Below the pieces are notes generated by a model. The model made no database searches. It saw only the letters and a list, made by a program, of their open reading frames with translations, and was not told the DNA's origin. A DNA stretch of 64,000 nucleotides, taken from assembly GCA_963667035.1 (NCBI GenBank), contig OY762964.1, forward strand, positions 224,001-288,000, written 5' to 3'. Source of the stretch: Candidatus Cloacimonadales bacterium (GTDB lineage Bacteria > Cloacimonadota > Cloacimonadia > Cloacimonadales > JAFGVF01). Position numbers and translations under genes: made by a program. Positions 38,959 through 47,605 of the stretch are shown here, piece after piece. Within the stretch, counting starts at the first letter, position 1. Each line of letters begins with the position of its first letter.

Positions 38959-39094
38959 AGTATATTCGGACTATTTGGAGCATTTTAGCTTATAAAGCTT
39001 TTAGCACTGACAAATATATAATAATCACAAAATAGTTGACAGACGCACTAATAGAATTCGATTTTAGAAAACACAATCTTAAAGAGGAGTCGAA

Positions 39095-40168
39095 ATGAGA
39101 AGAATACTTATCCCAATCATACTATTAATAAACTCACTTGCGTTGATTGCCGAGGAACCATGGAAAGACTTTATCCCGGAACCGGATACTAATGCTTTTC
39201 CTAAGAAGTATTTTTGTCCCAAAGTGGATAACTCACCTGTGATTGACGGTATTATCAAGGATAGTGAATGGGTAAAATCTGAATGGACTGACAAGTTTGT
39301 TGATATTGAAGGCAAAAAAGCAAAGACTCCTACATATAGAACTACAGTAAAAATGTGTTGGGATAATGACTATTTCTATTTTGCTGCTATGATGGAGGAA
39401 CCTCATATATGGGCAAAATTGGAGGAGAGAGATTCTGTTATCTTTTATGATAATGACTTTGAGATTTTCATTGATCCTGATGGGGATACAAAGAATTATT
39501 ATGAATTTGAAATGAATGCTCTTAACACAGTATGGGATTTGCTTCTCGTAAATGCATATAGAGATGGTAGCCCAAGTGCCATTGATTCATGGGATATTCA
39601 AGGATTAAAAACAGCAGTTCACATTGATGGATCAATCAATGACCCCTCAGATAAGGACAAGGGTTGGAGTGTTGAAGTAGCAATTCCTTGGAAAGTCCTG
39701 GAAGAATGTTCACAAGGTGCTCCACCTAAACATGGGGATGTGTGGAGAGTTAATTTCTCAAGAGTTGAATGGGATACTGATATTGCAAACGGAGAATACA
39801 TAAAGAAGAATGCTCCTGAGCACAATTGGGTTTGGTCTCCACAAGGAATTATAAACATGCATTATCCTGAGCTATGGGGTTATGTTATCTTTAGAGAGGA
39901 TGATAAAAAGGAGTTGCCGGAGAATTTTGTCATGCTTGAAAAAATTAAATGGCAGTTACGTAGACTCTATTATAAAGAGTATACTTATTTTCTTAAAAAT
40001 GGAGAGTATACAGATATTCCCAAAGATATGGGACTGGATGTTAGTCGAGAGTTCCCTCCTCCATATATTTTTATTACACCTAACTGGTATGAAGCAAGAA
40101 TTATACATAAAGGATATTTTGTGAGTATTCAGGCTGATGGCAAAGTATGGGTTGAGAAAAAGCAATGA
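39095..40168 (+). CDS. Secreted CBM9-like (DOMON-like) carbohydrate-binding protein
   Basis: PVIDG...EW, EIFIDPDGD..NYYEFEMNALNT.WDL, WSVEVAIPW, WRVNFSRV. Confidence 0.85.
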   Translation: MRRILIPIILLINSLALIAEEPWKDFIPEPDTNAFPKKYFCPKVDNSPVIDGIIKDSEWVKSEWTDKFVDIEGKKAKTPTYRTTVKMCWDNDYFYFAAMMEEPHIWAKLEERDSVIFYDNDFEIFIDPDGDTKNYYEFEMNALNTVWDLLLVNAYRDGSPSAIDSWDIQGLKTAVHIDGSINDPSDKDKGWSVEVAIPWKVLEECSQGAPPKHGDVWRVNFSRVEWDTDIANGEYIKKNAPEHNWVWSPQGIINMHYPELWGYVIFREDDKKELPENFVMLEKIKWQLRRLYYKEYTYFLKNGEYTDIPKDMGLDVSREFPPPYIFITPNWYEARIIHKGYFVSIQADGKVWVEKKQ

Positions 40169-41415
40169 GGATATTAATAAAGAATGCATTGTTTAATGGA
40201 GAGAAAAAAGATTTCTTTATTGATGGAAAGTATATAACGAGAATTGATACAGCTCTCAATGAACAAGCTGATGTGGTCATTGATGCTACTGACAAAGCAG
40301 TATTACCTCCCTACATAAATGCTCATACACATGCCGCTATGACTTTACTGAGGGGATATGCTGATGACATGGATTTAATGGATTGGCTACAGAATAAAAT
40401 CTGGCCGATTGAAGCAAAACTGACTGAAGAAGATGTGTATATCGGTACCAAACTTGCTTGCTTAGAGATGATAAAAACAGGAACTGCATATTTTATAGAT
40501 ATGTACTGGCATCTTCCCGGAATTTTTAAAGCAGTAGAAGAGATGGGATTAAAAGCTCTATTGGCAGGTGTGATTATTGATATGTTTGATGATGTGCAAG
40601 CTAATGAACTTATTCGGAAGAATACTCGTCTCTATGAATATCTCAAATGGACGGATAGGATTAAATTCTGCTTAGGACCCCACTCGATATATACAGTTTC
40701 GGAGAAAAGCCTTAAATGGGTACGAAATTTTGCTTATGAGAACAATATTCCTATTACTATTCACGTCTCTGAGACTGAGTATGAAGTAGAGCAGTGCCGG
40801 GAGAAAACCGGACTAAGACCGATTGAGTATCTTGAGAGTTTGAATTTCTTGGGACCTGATGTGATAATTGCTCACGGTATTCACCTTAATGATTCTGAAA
40901 TAGGAATACTTAGTAAGCATAAGACCATTGTAGCTCATAATCCTGTTTCAAACATGAAATTATGCTCCGGAACTATGCCTTTTCAAAAACTTATAGATAA
41001 TGATATTGAAGTAGTATTAGGGACAGACGGGTGCTCTTCAAACAACAATCTTAATATGGCTGAAGAGATGAAAGTGATGGCATTGATTCATAAAAGTGAA
41101 AGCGGTAATACTGAGCTGGCGTCAGCTAATGATGTATATGAAATTGCAACAAATAACCGAGTAAAATCATTATTCCCGGAAACAGGATGCCTGGAAGTTG
41201 GAAAGAGAGCAGATCTCATTTTGGTTGATCTAAATCATTATCAATTGCAACCTAATCATAATCTTATTTCTAACCTTGTATATTCAGGAACAGGTGACGT
41301 TGTCGATACAATGATTGTTGATGGGAACATACTTATGCTGAATAGAGTTGTTTATGGGGAAGAGGAGATTAGAATGCAGGTTAAAGAAGCCGTTAAAAAT
41401 ATCCTTAAAAGATAA
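40165..41415 (+). CDS. mtaD: Amidohydrolase, 5-methylthioadenosine/SAH deaminase-like
   Basis: NAHTH, LRGYADD, GPHS.YT, IHVSET, HNPVSNMKL, GTDG.SSNN. Confidence 0.85.
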   Translation: MRILIKNALFNGEKKDFFIDGKYITRIDTALNEQADVVIDATDKAVLPPYINAHTHAAMTLLRGYADDMDLMDWLQNKIWPIEAKLTEEDVYIGTKLACLEMIKTGTAYFIDMYWHLPGIFKAVEEMGLKALLAGVIIDMFDDVQANELIRKNTRLYEYLKWTDRIKFCLGPHSIYTVSEKSLKWVRNFAYENNIPITIHVSETEYEVEQCREKTGLRPIEYLESLNFLGPDVIIAHGIHLNDSEIGILSKHKTIVAHNPVSNMKLCSGTMPFQKLIDNDIEVVLGTDGCSSNNNLNMAEEMKVMALIHKSESGNTELASANDVYEIATNNRVKSLFPETGCLEVGKRADLILVDLNHYQLQPNHNLISNLVYSGTGDVVDTMIVDGNILMLNRVVYGEEEIRMQVKEAVKNILKR

Positions 41416-41437
41416 ATAATATTATAGTTTTAATTCC

Positions 41438-41471
41438 AGACCGATGTTCTATCATCGGTCTTTTCTTTTTT
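41438..41471 (+). terminator. Rho-independent terminator
   Basis: AGACCGATG-TTCTAT-CATCGGTCT followed by T-tract. Confidence 0.85.
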
Positions 41472-41691
41472 ATTGCTGTTTCATTCCTCTATCACAATTC
41501 ATAATTCTCTCTGCCCATTTCCTTCCTACTTTCGAGACAGTCTCTTATCAATTTTAATAGGAGACCCTCAAGAGACTCGCAGGAATTGAACTACTTTTCC
41601 ATAATTATTATGATAGAGCAATGAAATTATAATGAAACACAAGAAGAAATCTGAAAGACTTCCCAAGTTATATGGACAGTTAAGAAGGTGC

Positions 41692-41721
41692 AAAAAAAGC
41701 CGGAGTAAAAACTCCGGCTTT
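41692..41721 (-). terminator. Rho-independent terminator of the minus-strand lipoprotein gene
   Basis: Plus strand AAAAAAAGCCGGAGT-AAAA-ACTCCGGCTTT. Confidence 0.88.
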
Positions 41722-41758
41722 CAATATATTACTTATTATCTACTAAAAACTATCAATA

Positions 41759-44236
41759 TTAGTTTTCAATGTTATCATTTGTTAATGACTCGTAAATAGC
41801 ATTAATAAGTTGGAATACAGGTTTAGTTGTATCGAACTCAAGTTCTACTGCATCAGGATCATCATTAGTATCTATCTGACTTTCCATATATGATAATGGG
41901 AATCCAAATACATATGCACAACCTTCAGTAAGAACATCTGCTTTAAATGCAACTGACTGCAGGTTATATTGTTCAAATTCATCTGGAGTTGGAGGTCTAT
42001 TATCATCATACACTGATTTACAACCGAACTTAGCAACTGAGAATGCAGTATGCTCAGCCATTGGGAAGTAAGTAATAGGTCCAAGTCCTTCGAATCTATC
42101 AACATAAGTACTGAAAGCAATATCTTCATTAACTTCTAGGTTAACTGTAGTATCAGGAAGTAATTGGTCAGAAATAAACGCTTTAATGAAGTAAGGGTTC
42201 GCAGCAGCGTTAGTAGTAACAGATGCTGTGTATAGGTCTATAGGAAATTCAATTGAGTTTTCGAAACCAAACATATTTCTAAAGAAAGTTTTTTCTTCAG
42301 TGAAAGAGTTTCTAATTGCAGAATCTATATTTGCTCCACCGCTAATAAGAATATTGCCACCTGTATGCATATAAAGGTTTAAACCATCATTCTCATCAAC
42401 AAGTGCATTCTCTTCTCCGGGTGAGTCAGAATGATAAACAACCAGTTTGTATTTATTCAAATCTGTTGGAGAAATACGTCTTCCAATGTAATCCACATTA
42501 TTCTCAAGAGATAATAAATCAAGATTATCAATTCTTGATACATTGCTGAAAGCAGTGTTATAGAATTCATCAGTGAATGCTTCAGGACTTAAGAACGCAG
42601 CTACCGGATGATCATCATCAATAATGATAACACCGTCTTTTTCGATAGCCGGTATAGGGTCTTCTATTAAGAATTCAATAATTGCCGGAGTTTTATCAAA
42701 TTCGCCTTGTAAGTCAACAGCTCTTACTTCAAATTTATGATATCCACTTTCAATACCAGAGATAACAATACTCTGTGCAATGCTGTGGTCAGCAGGAACT
42801 CTTAACCAGCTTTCTCCTGCATAAGCACCTGACTCATCAACTATCTTGCGATCAGCTAATGGTGGATAATCATAAGCAGTACCATCTAATCTAAGGTCAT
42901 AGTATTCAACGGAAGAGAAATAGTTTTCGTTTGTATCTTCATCCAAGAGAATATTAAGGGCACTATCATAAGGATTATCGGTAACAATTTCTTCGGAAGT
43001 CGCTTCATTTCTATAACCGAATTGACCATGGTAGCCCCAACGTAACCAGATTTTTAAATCACTACTCCCTAAGCAGGAATAGTAACCGTCTTTGTTCTTG
43101 AACATTGCTGTTGCATAACTTCCGTCTGTTACAGGAGGGTCTTCTTCCAATTCTTTATAAAGATAATCGGTAAAATGGTTTCTACCTAAAGCATAAGTTC
43201 TTTCTTTGTAAATAATTGTTTCTGCATGATAGCCTTCTTTAACAGCAAAGCGAATGATTTTATCATCAGATTGAATTCCTGCCATATCTACAGAACGAGC
43301 AATAATTTCTGTATAAGAAGTTTGTAATGAGTTCACAAAGTCTGAAGAAATAGCCGGTGTTGTATATTTAGTAAGAAGGAATTCAGAAACATTTTCTCTA
43401 TTACCATCTGTTTTTGTGTTATACCAAGTATTGTCAGCCGGTAAAGTTTGAATAACTTCACGAGTTGAAGCATCTCTTTTTAAAACTTTAAACAGATAAT
43501 AATCTGCTTCAGCTTCAATGAAAGGATCACTATCGGCAATACTGAAATCAAGAATAATACCTGTTCCAACACTTGAGAGTTCTCTGGCATCAAATGGGTC
43601 AGGATCTTCTATTGCTCCCTTAGCAAGTTTTAAAAGACATTCAGGTTTCTCTGATTTTGCTTTAAACTTTCTGCTAGCAAGATTTGAAATTGATCCTCTA
43701 TCATCAATACAGATAACTTCGAGAGTAGTAATTCTCTCTATAGGATTTCCATCTGCGTCTGATGAAGGTAAGTTAATAGTAAGATATTTCTGATCAGACC
43801 AGATTGTCTTACTCTCTTTTGGAGCTTCAGCCAATGAAGTTTCTTGTAGAGCACCTTCTTTGAAATGCAAAACCCAACCACCACCGTAAAGCTCATTAAC
43901 ATCTTTAGGTACAATTGTATTTTCCATATCAATTACTGAATTACCAGGAGTGCTGATAGGTACATTGTTTTCATCCAGTACACGATATGCATATGATGTT
44001 ACTGTACCGTCTTTATCATCGGCATGCCAGTAAACTCTTTGTCTGGAATATATTACCAAACTATCGGGATACTGCTCATTATCGACTGATACATCAGTTC
44101 CTTCATAAGATGTGATTTCGATTGTAGGTGCTTGGTTAGTATCCTTATCTCCTTCTAAACCACATCCGTAAAAAAGAAAAGAAACTACTAATGTCAAAAG
44201 CAACATAGTAACCAATTTGTTACCTGCTTTCATCAT
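41759..44236 (-). CDS. Large hypothetical lipoprotein (~825 aa)
   Basis: RBS GGGAGG, lipobox LFYGC; N.AP...I, W..DD.DG.V..Y.Y and F.VRAVD..G..D.TPA beta-sandwich motifs; C-terminal IIDDD domain. Confidence 0.8.
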   Translation of the reverse strand: MMKAGNKLVTMLLLTLVVSFLFYGCGLEGDKDTNQAPTIEITSYEGTDVSVDNEQYPDSLVIYSRQRVYWHADDKDGTVTSYAYRVLDENNVPISTPGNSVIDMENTIVPKDVNELYGGGWVLHFKEGALQETSLAEAPKESKTIWSDQKYLTINLPSSDADGNPIERITTLEVICIDDRGSISNLASRKFKAKSEKPECLLKLAKGAIEDPDPFDARELSSVGTGIILDFSIADSDPFIEAEADYYLFKVLKRDASTREVIQTLPADNTWYNTKTDGNRENVSEFLLTKYTTPAISSDFVNSLQTSYTEIIARSVDMAGIQSDDKIIRFAVKEGYHAETIIYKERTYALGRNHFTDYLYKELEEDPPVTDGSYATAMFKNKDGYYSCLGSSDLKIWLRWGYHGQFGYRNEATSEEIVTDNPYDSALNILLDEDTNENYFSSVEYYDLRLDGTAYDYPPLADRKIVDESGAYAGESWLRVPADHSIAQSIVISGIESGYHKFEVRAVDLQGEFDKTPAIIEFLIEDPIPAIEKDGVIIIDDDHPVAAFLSPEAFTDEFYNTAFSNVSRIDNLDLLSLENNVDYIGRRISPTDLNKYKLVVYHSDSPGEENALVDENDGLNLYMHTGGNILISGGANIDSAIRNSFTEEKTFFRNMFGFENSIEFPIDLYTASVTTNAAANPYFIKAFISDQLLPDTTVNLEVNEDIAFSTYVDRFEGLGPITYFPMAEHTAFSVAKFGCKSVYDDNRPPTPDEFEQYNLQSVAFKADVLTEGCAYVFGFPLSYMESQIDTNDDPDAVELEFDTTKPVFQLINAIYESLTNDNIEN

Positions 44237-44336
44237 AATTTTCCTCCCATATTTATCATCTTCGCTAAATTTATACTTAGGGATATTACCTTTATTTAAT
44301 CTTTCTTTGATTAAGTCAATAATTTTTTTGTTGCCA

Positions 44337-45197
44337 CTAAACATGATTAATACCTGATGCAATAACTACATTGTTGAGTAGTTTGTAAGTTGTCAATGAA
44401 CCTATACCTCCAGGTACCGGAGTTATAGCTTTAGCCTTGTCATAACACGCCTTATAATCAACATCGCCGACATATCTGCTATTACCTTCTTCATCAACTA
44501 CTTCATTGATTCCAACATCAATAACTACAGCATTTTCTTTAATCATATCTACAGACACAAAATTAGCTTTACCTATTGCAGCTATAAGTATATCTGCTTG
44601 AGTAGTGATACTTGGTAAATCCTTTGTTCTACTATGACAAACAGTGACAGTTGCATTTCCTGTAACATTCTTCCTTAAAAAAAGATTTGCTAATGGTTTT
44701 CCGACAATATTACTACGTCCGATAATCACTACATGTTTCCCGTTTGTAGAAATATTATTTGCTTCGAGCATCTCTAATACTGCAGCAGGAGTACAAGGTA
44801 TAAAAGGAGATTCTTCCATAAACAATCCACCTAAGTTCTGAAGATGAAATCCATCAACATCTTTACTAGGGGAGATAGCTTTGACAACTGCATCCTCTTC
44901 GATATGCTTAGGTAGAGGTTTTTGTAACATAATCCCGTCACAGAGAGTCGATTCATTTAATCTATAAATAATCTCTATGAGCTCTCTTTGTGACATCTCA
45001 GTTGAATGAGATAAGATATTTACTTCAATACCTATCTTCTTCCCATTCTTAGCAAGATTCTGCACATAATAAGAGGCTGCAGGATCATTGCCAAGTTGAA
45101 TAATACTAAGTGAAGGAGGTCTCTCCATTTCACTTATACGAGTTTGTAACTCATTGTATCTTTCTTTAACAATAGGCTTTGCTCTAAGTTCTTTCAT
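44337..45197 (-). CDS. folD: Bifunctional methylenetetrahydrofolate dehydrogenase/cyclohydrolase
   Basis: KDVDGFH, PCTPAA, GRSNIVGKP, IDVGIN, TPVPGGIG. Confidence 0.96.
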   Translation of the reverse strand: MKELRAKPIVKERYNELQTRISEMERPPSLSIIQLGNDPAASYYVQNLAKNGKKIGIEVNILSHSTEMSQRELIEIIYRLNESTLCDGIMLQKPLPKHIEEDAVVKAISPSKDVDGFHLQNLGGLFMEESPFIPCTPAAVLEMLEANNISTNGKHVVIIGRSNIVGKPLANLFLRKNVTGNATVTVCHSRTKDLPSITTQADILIAAIGKANFVSVDMIKENAVVIDVGINEVVDEEGNSRYVGDVDYKACYDKAKAITPVPGGIGSLTTYKLLNNVVIASGINHV

Positions 45198-45198
45198 A

Positions 45199-46758
45199 TT
45201 ATTTTGCAACAGCTACCTGTCTGGTTTCTCTGATAACGGTTACTTTTATCTGTCCGGGATATTGAACATCCTTTTCAATCTTTTCTGCAATGTCATTTGC
45301 TATGAAAGGAGTCTTTGTATCGTCAATCTCAGAAGGCTCAACGATAATCCTTAACTCTCTACCTGCTTGAATAGCGTAGGTTTTAGTTACACCTTCAACT
45401 GAACTTGCAATTTCCTCAAGTTGTTCAAGACGTTTCATATAACTTTCAAGCATTTCTCTTCTGGCTCCGGGACGAGCACCTGATATAGCATCACATGCTT
45501 GTACAAGCGGTGCATAAACGGAGATAGGCTCAACATCTTCGTGATGAGCTTCAACAGCATTGATAATAATCTTACTTTCACCGTTCTTTCTAACAATATT
45601 AGCACCGATTGCTGCATGAGAACCTTCAAATTCATGGTCAACAGCTTTCCCGATATCATGCAAAAGAGCAGCTCTTCTAGCTATTTGTTGATTTAATCCA
45701 AGCTCTGCAGCCATTATTCCACACATCCAAGCAGCTTCAATTGAGTGCTGAAGGATATTCTGACCATAACTGGTTCTATAGTGGAGCCTACCCAGCAGTT
45801 TAATTAGGTTTGGAGACAAATTGTGTATGTTTGCTTCGAGAGATGCTTTCTCACCAATTTTAACAAGATTCTCATCCATCTCTTTTGCAGTTTTTTCAAT
45901 AACTTCTTCTATTCTTCCCGGATGAATTCTACCATCCATGATAAGCTTCTCAAGAGCTAGTCTTGCTATTTCTCTACGTACAGGATCGAAGCAAGACAGT
46001 ACAACAGCTTCAGGAGTATCATCAATGATTAAGTCAACACCGGATGCTTTCTCGAAAGCTCTAATGTTTCTTCCTTCACGTCCGATAATTCTACCTTTCA
46101 TTTCATCTCCTGGTAGAGAAACTACTGCAACAGTACTTTCGGATACATGGTCAACAGCCATTCTTTGAATTGATAAAGAAAGTATTTCCGCAGTTTTTTT
46201 GGCGGCGTCATTCTTAGTTTGGTTAATCATTTCACGAACTTCACCGGAGATTCTCTTTTTAACTCCATCAATAAGTTCTGATTTTAACTGACCTGAAGCT
46301 TCTTCTCTTGTCATTCCGGCAATTTCAATGAGCTTTGTTTCTTGCTCTTGAATGAGCCCATCAAGTTGCTTATCTCTTTTACCAATATTTAACTCCAACT
46401 CTTTGAGTTGGCCTTCTTGTTTTTGGAGATTACTTTCTTTTTTGTCTAGAGACTCGATTCTCTTCTCAAGTTTTGTTACACGTTCATTATAAGTGTTTTC
46501 TTGAGTTCTAAGCTCTTTCTGTCTGTCTTTGATTTCATCTTCGTAAACTTTCTTGGTTTTGTACCAATCTTCTTTAGCTTCGAGAATTGTTTCTTTTCGT
46601 ATGGAAGCTTTCTCATTGTTAGCTTCTTCAATTATTTTATCTGCCTGGTCTTTAGCGGTAAAGATTATAGCCTTTGAACGCTGTTTGAGGATAATAAAAA
46701 GAATACCTGCCCCGATTAGTCCTATAACTAATCCGATTAGAATATAAACAATATTCAT
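45199..46758 (-). CDS. rny: Ribonuclease Y
   Basis: N-terminal TM ([10 protein letters not shown]), coiled coil, KH ([13 protein letters not shown]), HD (LLHDIGK). Confidence 0.97.
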   Translation of the reverse strand: MNIVYILIGLVIGLIGAGILFIILKQRSKAIIFTAKDQADKIIEEANNEKASIRKETILEAKEDWYKTKKVYEDEIKDRQKELRTQENTYNERVTKLEKRIESLDKKESNLQKQEGQLKELELNIGKRDKQLDGLIQEQETKLIEIAGMTREEASGQLKSELIDGVKKRISGEVREMINQTKNDAAKKTAEILSLSIQRMAVDHVSESTVAVVSLPGDEMKGRIIGREGRNIRAFEKASGVDLIIDDTPEAVVLSCFDPVRREIARLALEKLIMDGRIHPGRIEEVIEKTAKEMDENLVKIGEKASLEANIHNLSPNLIKLLGRLHYRTSYGQNILQHSIEAAWMCGIMAAELGLNQQIARRAALLHDIGKAVDHEFEGSHAAIGANIVRKNGESKIIINAVEAHHEDVEPISVYAPLVQACDAISGARPGARREMLESYMKRLEQLEEIASSVEGVTKTYAIQAGRELRIIVEPSEIDDTKTPFIANDIAEKIEKDVQYPGQIKVTVIRETRQVAVAK

Positions 46759-46782
46759 CGTTTTCCCTTTTTGAATATAAAC

Positions 46783-46953
46783 TCTACCCGCTGTACCGTG
46801 TTTGTTTGACTGTTGTGAACCTTTTACAAGGTGGGTAGCGTACAAATTAGCTTTATTATTCCGGATATAACCGGCCTTAATGCCACTAGAAGCTTGCTTC
46901 CCTATTTAACATTAGTTCAAAAGCAACACAAGGTCACGAATACCGCAGGCAGA
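46783..46953 (-). ncRNA. ssrS: 6S RNA
   Basis: Between zapA and rny; terminal stem TCTGCCTGC/GCGGGTAGA; TGAAC...GGGAAGC...CCCACC...GGTTCA around a central bubble; ~170 nt. Confidence 0.85.
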
Positions 46954-46955
46954 TG

Positions 46956-47225
46956 TTAAATATTATCGTTTAATAAGGAATCCGTAGCATTAAACAAAGA
47001 TAATTCAGATCGAACAGATTCTAATTCCCCTCTCAATTTGAGAAATTCCTCAGTAAGAATCATTGAAAATAGTACTAATAACTTATCTCTATCAAGCTCA
47101 TTAAACTTATTGGCAAGCTTGTTTAATTCAGAATTTATATATAGTTCTAATTGTCTCGTATTCTCGGCAGAGTCGGTTTTCATCTGGTATCTTCGACCGA
47201 AGATGTCAACGCTTATTGATTCCAT
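46956..47225 (-). CDS. zapA: Cell division protein ZapA
   Basis: VDIFGRRY.M.; 89 aa; position after pheT/zapB. Confidence 0.85.
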   Translation of the reverse strand: MESISVDIFGRRYQMKTDSAENTRQLELYINSELNKLANKFNELDRDKLLVLFSMILTEEFLKLRGELESVRSELSLFNATDSLLNDNI

Positions 47226-47234
47226 AGTTTATTT

Positions 47235-47600
47235 CTATACTTCGTCTAATAACGGTAAAATATCTTGTAGTTTCTCAGAAATACTATTAGCTTTATTGTT
47301 AGCTTCTAGCAATGTATTTCCAAGGTTTTCTTTTTCTGCAGTTATAGTTGCAACCTTATTTTCAAGGTCGGCTTTAAGAGTTTCGAGTTCGGTAATTCTT
47401 TCATTTGCAATTTCAAGTTCAAGAATCTTTTCATCTCTAGTATTTTCAATTGAACTCAGTTGATTTTTTAATTCTTCATGCTCATCTCTCAAAGCGGCAT
47501 GTTTTTCTTTTAATGATTTAAAGCCATCTATTAACCTCTGAATCTGTTGCCCTAAAGCACTGTCATTCTGAGGGGTAGTCTGTTGTTGGTTGTCAAACAT
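47235..47600 (-). CDS. ZapB-like coiled-coil protein
   Basis: All-heptad sequence between pheT and zapA. Confidence 0.7.
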   Translation of the reverse strand: MFDNQQQTTPQNDSALGQQIQRLIDGFKSLKEKHAALRDEHEELKNQLSSIENTRDEKILELEIANERITELETLKADLENKVATITAEKENLGNTLLEANNKANSISEKLQDILPLLDEV

Positions 47601-47605
47601 ATATC

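Noticed and set aside
41593..41618. Possible dif site at the strand-convergence point (CTTTTCCATAA-TTA-TTATGATAGAG)
   Set aside because: Spacer is 3 bp rather than 6 and the XerD arm is poor; convergence of gene blocks alone does not show a terminus
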